Positions 50,185 through 61,954 of a stretch of DNA of 64,000 nucleotides are shown piece by piece; position 1 is the first letter of the stretch; the number at the start of each line of letters is the position of its first letter. The DNA comes from Scyliorhinus canicula (Eukaryota): assembly GCF_902713615.1 (NCBI RefSeq), contig NC_052160.1:24639856-24703855 (forward strand). Direction: 5' to 3'. A program made the translations under genes and the position numbers. The notes beneath the pieces were generated by a model. That model was given only the letters and a program-made list of their open reading frames with translations, searched no databases and had not been told where the DNA came from.

Positions 50185-50964
50185 AATTGAGGTACGTACT
50201 GCCTAGACCCCAACAACTATTTGAAGAGTAAAAAGTTCTGGAGTGCACTGCCTAAAAAGGTGGTGGAAGTAGATCGAATAGTAACTTTCAAAGGGGAATT
50301 GGATATATACTTAAAAATGAATAAGGGGAAAGATTGGGTCTAGTTGGATAACTCTCAACGAGCTGGTCCAGGAAGCCAAATGTTGTAAGATTTTGTAAGA
50401 TTCTATGATTCTCCTAGTATCCTGGTCAGCATTCTTTCCTCAATCGTTTCTACCAAAAACAGTTGTCTAGTTATTTATTCACTTGCTGTTTGTTGGGGCA
50501 TTGCTTCCTACACATTATCTGCCCGGTGGGCTTACATAACAACAATAACAACACTTTGAAAATGTATTCATCAACTTGTGTGTGCGATAAGGCCCTCTAT
50601 AAATATAAATTCTCTCAGTTTAAAAAAAAAAGAATATGATTCTTTCAGCGAAGATGTTTCATCTAGCCCAGAGACTGGAATCCCCTATAGTAATGAGGGA
50701 GTTCTTCACTGACAGAACTTCTGTATTTGGATAAGTAAATCAAGGCTCCTTCTGTCCTTTGAGATGGATTGAATAGATCCCATGTATGCCCCTATTCAAA
50801 TAAGAACTGGGAGTTCGCCCCGATGTCCTGGCCAATATCTTTTCCACAATTACAGATTATCTGATCTTATCACACTGGCGTTTATGGGAATCTGTTGTGT
50901 GCAAATTTGGTGCCGCGTTTCCCACATTACAACTGTGAGTACACTTCAAAAGTACTTCAACGGC

Positions 50965-51177
50965 CAGGGTAGCACGGTTGCCTCACAGCGCCAAGGTCCC
51001 AGGTTCGATCCCAGCTCTGGGTCACTGTCCGTGTGGAGTTTGCACATTTTCCCCGTGTTTGCGTGGGTTTCGCCCCCCCCATAACCCAAAGATGTGCAGA
51101 CTAGGTGGATTGGCCACACTAAATTGCCTCTTAATTGGAAATAAAAATTGGGTATTCTAAATTTTTTTTTTTTTTTA
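50965..51177 (+). mobile_element. tRNA SINE, poly(A)-tail type, nested in a Deu-like SINE (~50715-51225)
   Basis: TSD aaagtacttcaa on both sides. Confidence 0.85.
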
Positions 51178-51928
51178 AAGTACTTCAATGGCCGAAAGGC
51201 ACTTTGGGATGTCCTGAGGTTGGTTATCAGAAGTCAGATTTAAAGTCACTGCGCATAGATTGCAAGTGAGACCCTTGCTTGAGCTGGGGAGTCTGCAATC
51301 ATGAGGTGTTGAAGGAGAATTGGCGAGTTGCCTAGCTGAGACTAGTGGAAGGATCCCAAGAAATCTCAAACCTCAGAAAATACCAGGAACACTGAGGAGA
51401 GTCAAAGTGAATCTCTGAGAGCTGTAGGCACACCTTGGTTTGGTCCAAAGAAAAGTGAAGGAATCTTCAGGATCCTGTAAGGTATATGGAAACTCTTGGG
51501 TGGAAATAAAAGTAGAAAAAAAGTGTTCTGTTGAGATTTTTGAGTGTAAAAGTACATATAGGTGCTTACAAAATAATGTTAACTTAGTAGTTCCGAAGAT
51601 ATTAGCGGTTTCCGAAGAACAGTCCTAATGGACTTGAAACGTTAACTCGGTTTCTCTCTCCAAAATGCTGCTAGACTTGCAAAGTTTTTACTATTAGTAG
51701 TAATGACTTTGTTTAACTCTTGTACAGCTAAAGGGTTTTATTCAAACTGTGAAATCTTGTGGCCTAATTCTTTCAATGAATAACCGAGAGCTCCAATTTC
51801 CCTTTAAAAGTTACCGGTCTCTTTCTAGATTGTAACAAAATGCATGTCTGTTTGTGAATTGGGATAAATTACCTGAAACATCAAAAAAAAATTGAAATCC
51901 ACAGTTTACAAACTTGATATAGAGATCT

Positions 51929-52990
51929 CACGGTGGTGCAGTGGTTAGCACTGCTGCCTGAGGCGTTGAGGACCTGGGTTCAATCCCCACCCTGGGTCAC
52001 TGTTCGTGTGGAGTTTGCACTTTCTCCCGTGTCTGCGTGGGTCTCACCCCCACAACCCAAAAAGATGTGCAAAGTAGGTGGATTTTTATTAAAACAGTAA
52101 CCGTCAGATTTGTACAAGGCCAAATGGTACAAACACTAATTTTGCGTTGGAGAAATAGGGTACCCTCCCCTCTGTACCAACATATGGGAGGGGGGGGGGT
52201 AGGATACTCCGATTATTAAAACAGTTCACAACATAGTTGTGCAAAAAACAAACAGTACACGCACTACACTTTGTGCTGGAGAGACCAGATACCCTTGCCT
52301 TTGTACCAACAGAAAGGAAGGGGAAGGTGGTGGGGAGGGAGGGAGTTAGGGTGTTGGTGGAGGGGGTCCAATAGGGCACTGCCTGAACTATATGGAGGCA
52401 GAAAAACAAAAGAACCTTCAATTATGATGTGCAAGATTCCGGGAGTCCCCCAGAGGGGGTATGGGGCGACACAGTGTCATGCACGAGTTAGCCCTGCACC
52501 CCACTGCAGAGAGCCTCATGAGCACCTTCCCCCCCTGACACTGGGAGCTGACAGTCGAACAGTCGCGCTCTGGGCCCGGATCCTCCACCACACTGAGTGT
52601 GGCGGGCGACACGGGCCCACCAACAAACCCAGGGGCTGCCTTGATCCCCCCACCGGGATCATCGACAGGCGAGATCTCCTCAGGCTCCTCCTGGGGTCCC
52701 GGGCCAGCGGGAGGTGGTGGTGCAGATCCCTACTCCGTCCCCGCCGCCTGGCCACCGGTAGACCCTGAGGACAACTCCGGAAACAGCTGCGGGATGGTGG
52801 CAGAGGTGGCAGAAGACAGCAGTTGGGACAGAGGGTCTTCCAAACCATAACCCGCGAAGAACCCAAGAAGCAGGGGCTAATCGCTGTCCCCTTCTCTTCA
52901 GAAATTGTAGGTGGATTGGCGACGCTAAATTGCCCCTTAATTGGGAAAAATAGAACTGGGTACTTTAAATTTATTTTAAAAATAAAAATA
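51929..52990 (+). mobile_element. tRNA SINE split by an 822-bp minus-strand insertion (52085-52906)
   Basis: SINE halves rejoin at the duplicated gtaggtggatt (52074-52084 and 52907-52917). Confidence 0.85.
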
Positions 52991-53170
52991 ACAACTTGAT
53001 ACAATTAAATTGCAACAGCAGTCACACATCAGAGAGTTGTAAAAGTGCTGTAAATGTTCAGTTGCAGGGAGAAAAACTTTGCTAAGAGCTTTAGGAGTTT
53101 ACTCTCCACATGGAGGGGAAATGAAGAGTTTTTCACTCACCGAGATGTAGCTATGATCTGCAATACTCAC

Positions 53171-53291
53171 CAGTTACTTTGGTTGGTGCTGGCCATTGAT
53201 CAGAAGTCTCAGCGATTATGTCATTGCAGGCCAGTCCAAAATCCCCAATCCGAACATGGTAGTCAGAGCCATGGAGAAAAATGTTCCTTGG
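53171..53291 (-). CDS. EIF2AK1: EIF2AK1 exon, subdomains VIb-VII
   Basis: [22 protein letters not shown]; 121 nt. Confidence 0.96.
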
Positions 53292-54019
53292 CTTTAAGAG
53301 AGAGCATTGTGAGTTAAGCTTACTTTGGCATGTCTTTATCATAAACTAAGTAGCTTTAATGGCTTGAATTGTAGAATGTTACAGCACCAGCGGAGAGCAT
53401 CTGATCCAGCTTGTCTGTAGTAATTATTTTTCAGAGCTATTGGAATGTGCTCCCCTATGCTGTAAAATTCTATTGTATAACTACTACAACAAAATATTTC
53501 AATCATCAGAAGGTGATCAAATATACAGTAGCTCCCTTGTACTGCTTTCTTACCTGAAAAAATAATTTGTGGTATGCACTTGGTTGTACGGAGGGGCAGG
53601 GGACGAGCATATTTGGTATTTAAATGGGTATTTGCCATGACAAATTCAGTTGGCACGGTGTTACTTGATGAGATCAGTTAAATGGCATCAGGTCACTCTG
53701 TTAATTCCGAAAACCACCTTCGGAGTGTAACATTGCAATCTGAATTCCAAACGGAACACGAAGATTGTGATGTTACAATCTGTTACCATTGCGATGCTAA
53801 ACAAATCAAAATTGTGCGGTTCCAACCGCTGCCTCCTAACAGGAAACCTTTCCCACACATCAAAGCAAGGAGGGAGTCTGCAAGACTCTCAATCTGATCA
53901 CATCTAAGCGACAACAATCAGTTTTCCCACAGATCAGTTCCACGAAGAATGCATAAGGAGGGAATATTCTGATCCTGAAGTCATTTTGTACAAAATCCCT
54001 GCTTAAGAACCTTCCAAAA

Positions 54020-54184
54020 ATGTGCGAATGCCAGGCTGAGTTTAACGATCTCCATGCCAAGCTTCACGATGCTATTATGCAAGGAGACAAAGAGAATATC
54101 AAAAGGTTGCTGAAGGTCCATCCAATCAATGATCCCATTACTATCTGGAAAAACTGTGCCTTATTCCCCATACTTCCAGCTCAG
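54020..54184 (+). CDS. ANKRD61: ANKRD61 exon 1 (nested antisense in an EIF2AK1 intron)
   Basis: LHAKLHDAIMQGDKENIKRLLKVHPINDPITI resembles the ANKRD61 N-terminus; cag|gtaac donor. Confidence 0.85.
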
Positions 54185-55539
54185 GTAACTCCAGCAATTA
54201 ATTCAGATAATCATTCACTTTCTCTTAAGTGTATCAGAGATTTTACATAAAATCTATAACGGACGACTTTAAAATGATCTAATGATAGCATTTAGCCTTC
54301 CTCATTTTTTGAACTTGCATCCCAACTATCCATCCATCCAATTCACTTCCCCCACCTAGTGGTGCACTAAGGCAGACTTTTGTCTGTTTCCATAGCTAGT
54401 AATTCCAGGAATAGGCCACCAGTCTGTTGCCAGGGGCTTATTCACATGGCGGGGGGCTACTACACAGCATCCCAGCTATACCTGGGGATAATACTCCATG
54501 GAGTGTTGCAAGAATCATGGGATTCTTTCCAAATCCCTTGCCACATAAAAAACTTGTCAGTAGAAATCAGTAGAAACAAGCCTCCAGCTTCTATCAATAG
54601 AAGCAGAGCAATCCCTAAATCGTAGACTGATGCAGACAGAAGGGGGACAGGTCCACTGAGTTAGAGCTGGCCCTTTCGAAGAGCAAATGAATTAGTTCAC
54701 TCCTCTGCTCTTTCCTCAAATTCCTGCACTTATTTTCTCCTTTCAGTACCTATTCAGTTCCATTTTGAAAGTTACTATTGAACGCTTCCACCATCCCATC
54801 AGGCAGTGCATTCCAAATTCTAACTACTCATTGCATAAAATTATTTTTGTTCATGTTGCCTCTGGTTCTTTTGACATTCACTTAAATCTGTGTCCTCTAG
54901 TTATCAACCTTTCTAGCATTTCTAAACAGTTTTACTTTATTTACTCAATCTAAATTCATCATTTTAAACACCTCTGTCAAACCTATACCTTTTTGATCAA
55001 TTTGTCAAAATAAAAGAAGATTGTCCTCTGATCTCAAATAGATCCATATTTGCCAGGTCCCAAGTGTAAAGATGATCATTCCACTTTCCTCAAGTGAACA
55101 CCAGCATAAATTTGATGGGCTGAATGGCCTCTGGTCCTGTTACCATTCTATGAGGTATTCGTCTGGATGGACTTCAAAAAGACATTTGATAGAGTTAGGG
55201 TAAAGGGCTGATACTCAGAATGTGACTAGGGGCATCTGTGTTGGGACCTCAGCTATTAATGATTTAAATGACGGGATAAAGATCCACATATCGAAATTTG
55301 CCAATGACACAAAGATAGGAGGTAACATTTAAATCAATCAAATGAATGGGCAAAACCGTGGCAAATTAATTTCAAAGTAAGTAAATATGAGGTCACTGAC
55401 TGTAACTAACAGGGATGAAACAGGGTACTTTCTTTATAATGAAAAACTAGAAACAATGAGACTTGGGGGTCTGGGTACAGGCATTATAAAAAAGTCATGA
55501 GCACGTACAGAAAACAATCAAAATGGCTAAAGGAATTAG

Positions 55540-56090
55540 AGTCATAGAATTATACAGCACAGAAAAGGCCCTTTGGCCCATTGCATCTGCGCCAGTCAAA
55601 AATAACCACCTAACCATTCTAATCCCATTTTCCAGAACTAGGTCCATAGCCTTGTATGCCCTGGCATCACATCTAAATACTTCTTAAATGTTATGAGGGT
55701 CTCTGCCTCCACCACCTTTTCAGGCAACAAACTCCAACCACCCTTTGGGTAAAAATGCTTTTCCTCACGTCCCCTCTCAACCTCCTGCCCCTTACTGTAA
55801 ATCTATGCCCCCTGGTCATTGACCCTTCCACCAAGGGGTAAAGTTTGTTCCTGTCTACTCTATCTATGCCCCTCATAATTTTATATATCTCAGTCTCCTC
55901 TGCTTCAAGGAAAACAATCCAAGTCTATCCAATCTCTCTCCATAACGAACACTCTCCAGCCCAGGCAACATCCGAGTAAATCTCCTCTGCTCCTTTTCCA
56001 GGGCTATCACGTCCCTCCTGTAATGTGGATTCCAGAACTGCACACAATACTCTAGCTGTGGCCTAACCAACATTTTATACAGTTTATAAT
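55540..56090 (-). mobile_element. CR1 LINE 3' fragment
   Basis: LVRPQLEYCVQFWNP, RRFTRMLPGL, TRGHRF. Confidence 0.85.
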
Positions 56091-56105
56091 ACTGTATTTA
56101 CTGTT

Positions 56106-56408
56106 AGCACGGTAGCACAGTGGGTAGCACTGTTGCTTCACAGCTCCAGGGTTCCAGGTTCGATTCCCGGCTTGGGTCACTGTCTGTGTGCAGTCTGCAT
56201 GTTCTCCCCGTGTCTGCGTGGGTTTCCTCTGGGTGCTCCAGTTTCCTCCCACAAGCCCCGAAAGACGTGCTGTTAGGTGAATTGGACATTCTGAATTCTC
56301 CCTCAGTAGATCCAAACAGGTGCTGGAATGTGGCTTCTCGGGACTGTTCACAGTAACTTCATTGCAGTGTTAATGTAAGCCTACTTGTGACAATAAAGAT
56401 TATTATTC
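56106..56408 (+). mobile_element. tRNA SINE, fourth tail type (cacagtaacttcattgcag...gtgacaataaagattattatt)
   Basis: HE1-like head and core with a distinct 3' half ending in TTA repeats. Confidence 0.85.
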
Positions 56409-56419
56409 TTATTACATAC

Positions 56420-57345
56420 AATACTGGCCCTTATATCCAGAGCACCAGAATACACAGGGTAGAAGTTACGCTTCGACTGTATCAGATCCAGGTAAGACCA
56501 CCCCAGCAACATTGTGGACAGTTCTGGGCACCACACCATAGGAAGGATATATTGGTCTTGGAGGGAGTGCAGCGTAGATTTCCCAGAATTACACCTAACC
56601 TCTAAGGACCAAATTATAAGGAGCGATTAAACAAACTAGGATTGTATTCTCGAGAATTTAAGAGTTTAAGGGGTGAATTGATTAATGTTTCAAGATATTA
56701 AGGAGAACAGATAGGGTAGATAGATACTGTTTCTGGTGGTTGGTGTGGACTAGGGAGCATAATCTAAAAATTAAAGGCAGAAGTTTCAGAAACTAAATTA
56801 GAAAACACTTCTACTCACAATGGGTGGTAGAAGTGTTTAACTCTTCTTCAAACAACAATTCGTGTTACATCAATTGTAAATTTAAAATGGAGATAGATTT
56901 TTGTTATCCGAAGGTATTAAGGGGCATGGCGCAAAAACCATATGGAGTTCAGTCACATCAGCCATAATCTCAATGAATGGTGGCACGGTAGCACAGTGGT
57001 TAGCACTGTGGCTTCACAGCTCCAGGGTCCCAGGTTCGATTCCCGGCTTGGGTCACCGTCTTTGTGGAGTTTGCACATCCTCCACGTGTCTGCGTGAGTT
57101 TCCTCTGGGTGCTCCGGTTTCCTCCCACAGTCCAAAAATGTGCAGGTTAGGTGGATTGGCCATGCTAAATTGCCCAGTGTCCAAAAATGTTAGGAGGGGT
57201 TACTGGGATAGGGTGGAAGTGTGGGCTTAAGTGATGTGGTCTTTCCAAGGGTCAGTGCAGACTCAATGGACCAAATGGCCTCCTTCTGCACTGTAAATTC
57301 TATGAATGGCAGAGCAGGCTCAAGGGGCTAAATAGCCTCCTCACA
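56420..57345 (+). mobile_element. CR1 3' fragment with an HE1-like SINE inserted at ~56982-57305
   Basis: LYQIQVRP..QFWAP, LEGVQRRF; SINE head and tail. Confidence 0.8.
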
Positions 57346-57880
57346 TAAGCTATCTAATAAGGAAGTCTGCTGATTGGGCTCAAAGAGAAAAAGTTCCTTT
57401 AAATGGAGAATACTCCCAGATTAATTTTCTTAATCCCAAGAGTGAAGTTATGAGGTGTTCCATTTTAAATATGATAAAGGGGAAAGAAAACGCATTAAAT
57501 AGTCAGCCAGAGTTCCTACTCCCAATCGTGACCCCTCCTGGTAAATTCAGGTATGCAGACAGCTAATGAGGGTGGAATCAGACTAAGTCCTGGTTCTCCC
57601 CCACCACAGTTGTACAGCGAGCTGTGACTGCTACTGTCTCAATTTCACTACAGGATTGACGAGACACACAGATCTGTAATCCATCACACGTCAAAGACAA
57701 CAAGGAAAAAGCGGTTGCAATAATAAATGAGCGGTGATATTAAGGCGTAACATTCTCTATCTAACCTAAGCTGATAAATTTTAAGCAAATTCAATTATTT
57801 AAGACAATCTCCAAGAAGCAAATACTTTTCAAAACAGTGTTATGAGTCTAATATTTGTAATACATTTCTATCATCCTAAG

Positions 57881-57975
57881 GGATTAGCCATCCTTCCAAT
57901 CCACTTGGCTGCAACATACAGAAAGGCAAAGAGTTTACAATGCTTACTTCAACTAAAGGCTGATATAGAGGCGAG
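57881..57975 (+). CDS. ANKRD61: ANKRD61 exon 2
   Basis: GLAILPIHLAATYRKAKSLQCLLQLKADIEAR ankyrin repeat; taag|...|gtaag; 95 nt, phase fits exon 3. Confidence 0.88.
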
Positions 57976-58395
57976 GTAAGTGATCCAGTTAAGCATTCTG
58001 ATCTGTTCTGGTAGTTCTTGAGAGGTGTGCGTGAGGCCTTTCTAGATGGGATGGGAGATGGGATGGGACAAGGGTCCTCGGTGGACCAGAACTAATATTC
58101 AATATTTAATCAAAATGATGATGGTGCCATGGTAGTAAAAGAAAGAACTTTGCACTTACAACCCCAGGACAGCCCAAAACACTTAACTTTACAGCCATTG
58201 ATTATTTTGTTTAAAGTAACAATGCAGTTATGTTGGTTGAAGGATAAATATTGATCCCAGGACTTGGGGGGGAGAACTCTCCTGCTCTTCAAATTTCCAC
58301 CTTAAGGGATCTCTGGTATCCATCTGAAGGGCATATGGCACCTCGGCAAGTCTGACAATGCAGCACTCCATACTGCAGTAGAGCATCACCCAGAT

Positions 58396-58730
58396 GGCAG
58401 CACGGTAGCATGGTGGTTAGCATAAATGCTTCACAGCTCCAGGGTCCCAGGTTCGATTCCCGGCTGGGTCACTGTCTGTGCGGAGTCTGCACGTCCTCCC
58501 CGTGTGTGCGTGGGTTTCCTCCGGGTGCTCCGGTTTCCTCCCACAGTCCAAAGATGTGCGGGTTAGGTGGATTGGCCATGCTAAATTGCCCGTAGTGTCC
58601 TAAAATGTAAGGTTAAGGGGGGGTTGTTGGGTTACGGGTATAGGGTGGATACGTGGGTTTGAGTAGGGTGATTATTGCTCGGCACAACATCGAGGGCCGA
58701 AGGGCCTGTTCTGTGCTGTACTGTTCTATG
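58396..58730 (+). mobile_element. tRNA SINE, second tail type
   Basis: Near-identical to 26049-26387. Confidence 0.9.
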
Positions 58731-59029
58731 TGGCTCACAAATATTTGGAGTGGAACTTGAACCCATGACCGTCCATAAAAATGCTGAAAAGATGCAGCTG
58801 AGAAAGAACCATCCTGTCTAATCACACTTTCCAGTAGTCTGTACGTAGGTTACTGCACTTTAAGTACACATCCAAGTACTTTTTTAATCTGATGAGGGAT
58901 TCTGCCTCTCCTACTCTTTCAGACCCCCCAGCATCCCAATTCAAAACAAAAGGGTGCTTTGCACTGAGCCACGACTGACACCAAGTTATTGTTGCAAGTT
59001 ATTGCCCAGAAACTGACATTTTCACAGAA

Positions 59030-60250
59030 CTGTTACCGTGTAGATGGAGGCCATTTGGCCCATCTTATCAGCACCAGCTCTGCAAAAAAGCATCATGACT
59101 TAGTGACATTCCCCTGCCTTTTCCCTGTACCCGTGCACATTGTTCATCTCATGACCTCTTGAATGTCTCAATTGAATCTGCCTCCACCACACTTCCAGGC
59201 AGTGCATTCCAAACCCAAACCACTTGTGTGAGAAAGCCTTTTCTGACATCACATTTGCTTCTTTTGCAAATCACTTAAGATCTGTGCCCTCAACCCTTTT
59301 AAGATTAGGAACAGTTTCTCCCTATCTACTCTGTCCACCCCCCCTCATGATTTTGAACATCTCTATCAAATCTCCTCTTGGCTTTCTCTCCAAGGAGAAC
59401 AGTCCCAACCTCTCCAGTGCATCCTCACAGCTGAAGTTTCTCATCCCTGGAACAATACTTGTAAACCTCTTCTGCACTCTCTCCAATGCATTCACACCCT
59501 TCCTATAGTTATGGAATCCAGAACTGTGCACTATATTCCAAACGGTGTCCAACATGTGTCTTGTATAGGTTCAGCATAACCTCCTTGCTCTTGCACTCTA
59601 AGTCCCTATTAATAAAGCCAAGAATATTATAGGCTTTATTAACTGCTCTCCCCACCTGTCCTGCCACCTTCATGATCTATGCACATAAACACCCAGGTCC
59701 CTCTGCTCCTCACCCCCTTAAGAATTTTACCTCTTATTTTGTATTGCCTCTCCATGTCCTTCTTATCAAACTGCATCACCTCACACATCTTTGCATTGAA
59801 CTTCCTTCACCACGCTATCTGTCCACTCCTCCAACTTGTTTATTTCCTTTTGAATTTCTACACTGTCCTCTTCACAGTTTACAATATTTCCATGTTTTGT
59901 GTCATCTGCAAACTTTGAAATTGTCCCCTGCACATCATTAATATATATTAGGAACAGCATGGGTCCCAAAAAGGACTTTTGGGGAACATTTCTACAAACC
60001 GTCCTTCAGCCCGAGAAATATCCATTACTCTCTGCTTCCTTTTATTCAGACAATTTTGTATCCACATTGTTACTATCCCTATCATTCTATGAGCTGTAAC
60101 TTTTCTCACAAGTCTGTTGTGTGGCACTGTATTGAATGCATTCTGCAAGTCCAAGTACACCACATCAACAGCATTACCCTCATCAGCCCTTTGTTACCTC
60201 CTTAAAACACTATTAGTTAAACACTATTTCCTGTTTAGAAATCCATGCTG
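59030..60250 (-). mobile_element. CR1 LINE RT / 3' fragment
   Basis: VYLDLQNAFNTVPH, FLIYIND, KFADDTK, LERVQKRFT. Confidence 0.87.
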
Positions 60251-60394
60251 TGTTATAGAAATTCACTTCCTGGGCTTCTTAAAAGCTACATAATGACTGT
60301 ACTTAAGCTACAAATCACATTGCAGGCACAAAATGCATGTGATTTATTGAGATATGTGATATCTAATCATTTGCCTCTTCCGAGATAAAAGCAC

Positions 60395-60720
60395 TCCAGA
60401 GCAGCACTGTCAAAGGTGCCATCTTTTAAATGAGACATTAAACTCAGGCAGGCCCTGTCTCCCCTCAGGTGGATCCTAAAACCTCTATTTCCAAGAGCAG
60501 AGGAGTTGTCCCTGGTGTCCTAGGTCAAATATTTATTCCTCAATCAACATGACAAAAAAAGTATCTGGTCATTATCACATTGCTATTGGTGGAAACTTGC
60601 TGTGTGCAAACTGGCTGCCTCGTGTCCTACATTCCAATTGACTACAATTTAAAAGTGCTTAAGTGGCTCTAAAATGCATTTGTCGTGAGGTTGTGAAAGG
60701 CACTATATAAATGTAAATCC
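60395..60720 (+). mobile_element. Deu-domain (SacSINE1/AmnSINE1-like) SINE
   Basis: gcactgtcaaaggtgccatcttt..gagacattaaac..caggtgga..ctggtcattatcacattgc..aggcactatataaatg. Confidence 0.7.
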
Positions 60721-60765
60721 CCACTATCAAAAATTCTCATGGGTTTTCTTTTCTCTTTGCCTTAG

Positions 60766-61795
60766 AGATGCCTTAGGCCGAACAGCACTGCACTTGATCA
60801 TTGTGCACTGGCCCAACATCATCCAGGACTGGATCGTACCAAAGACCAAGTTCGAGAAAGCCATGGCGGGCATGCAGAGTCGGGCTGAATGCTGCCTGCG
60901 GCTACTATGTCAGCATGGGGCGCAGGTCAATGTGGCCACCCAGAGCAGGAGCCAGGACACAGCAATGCACCTGGCTGTGCGTCATGGGGCTTGGCCGGCA
61001 GTGGCTATCCTGGCGCGGTATTGTGGCAACCTAGAAACAGCAAATCAGCACGGTATGACCCCACTGCACATGGCCAGTGGGCTGCTGGACCGGCGAATGG
61101 TGGAGGAGCTGCTTGGCCGGGGGGCACGGCTGGACAGCAAGGTGGCGGGCAGCGGCAGCACACCGCTCCAGCTGGCTGTCTGTGCCGCCTCGGGCAAGGG
61201 CGCACAGCAGCTGGGGGCTGGCCTGGACTGTGTGCGGGTGCTCCTGGCAGCAGGCGCCAGTGTTGTTGCCCAAGACCAGCATGGGAGGGCAGCAGTTCAC
61301 GAAGCCTGTTTCGGGGGCCGGGAGGAGCTCATTGACCTGTTGCTGGAGCATGATGCTGACCTGAGCCTGTGCACAGAGCTGGGCGAGTCACCCCTCTCCC
61401 TCTTCCTGGAACGTAAACCTAACCTCCGGTGCAGCCGCCTGCTGGCCAAACTGCTCAGCCTCTCCTGTCCTTTGCGGCTCGCCAGCAAGGAGGGGGGCCA
61501 GTTGCCTGGTGGACTGCTCGGCCCAGAATTCCGTCAGTACCGGGAGTTTCTGCTGGCCCTGAGCCAAGAACCACCAGCCCTTCAGGATCTCTGCCGGGTG
61601 GTAGTCAGGAAGGTCTACGGCCACCGGCAGAGGCAACGTCTCAAAGAGATCCTACCCACTTCAGTGTGGCAGTTTGTGTATGGTTACCAGGACTATGCAA
61701 AGAGACTGGCAGAGATCGCAGTCAAGCCAATAGAATGGCCAGACCGTGAGGGTCAAGGCGATCTTGACAACAGCCTGCTCCACATGCACCTCTGA
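60766..61795 (+). CDS. ANKRD61: ANKRD61 exon 3 (ankyrin repeats plus SOCS-box-like C-terminus)
   Basis: Ankyrin motifs GRTALH, GMTPLHMA, GSTPLQLA, GRAAVHEACFGG, GESPL; pyrimidine tract and ttag acceptor; total 429 aa. Confidence 0.93.
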
Positions 61796-61925
61796 GTGGG
61801 CGCAGACTTTTACCAGCAGGTATTTATTTATTTTTTGAAGCACTGATGGGAATTGGTGTTGGGTCCGAGTGGCTTTTAACATAACTCGGTGGTAATGGAT
61901 AATTCTAACAATGGAGCAGTCAGAA

Positions 61926-61931
61926 AATAAA
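61926..61931 (+). terminator. ANKRD61 candidate polyadenylation signal
   Basis: AATAAA ~130 nt after the stop. Confidence 0.55.
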
Positions 61932-61954
61932 ACAATTTTGAAAAGATTCCTCCA

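Noticed and set aside
53339-54060. Short ORFs upstream of ANKRD61
   Set aside because: No recognisable homology or splice support; probably promoter or UTR
22417-58825. Recurring short ORFs such as MCKLHTDSDPEPGSNLGP and LGHCLCGVCTSSPC
   Set aside because: Translations of SINE copies, not a protein family
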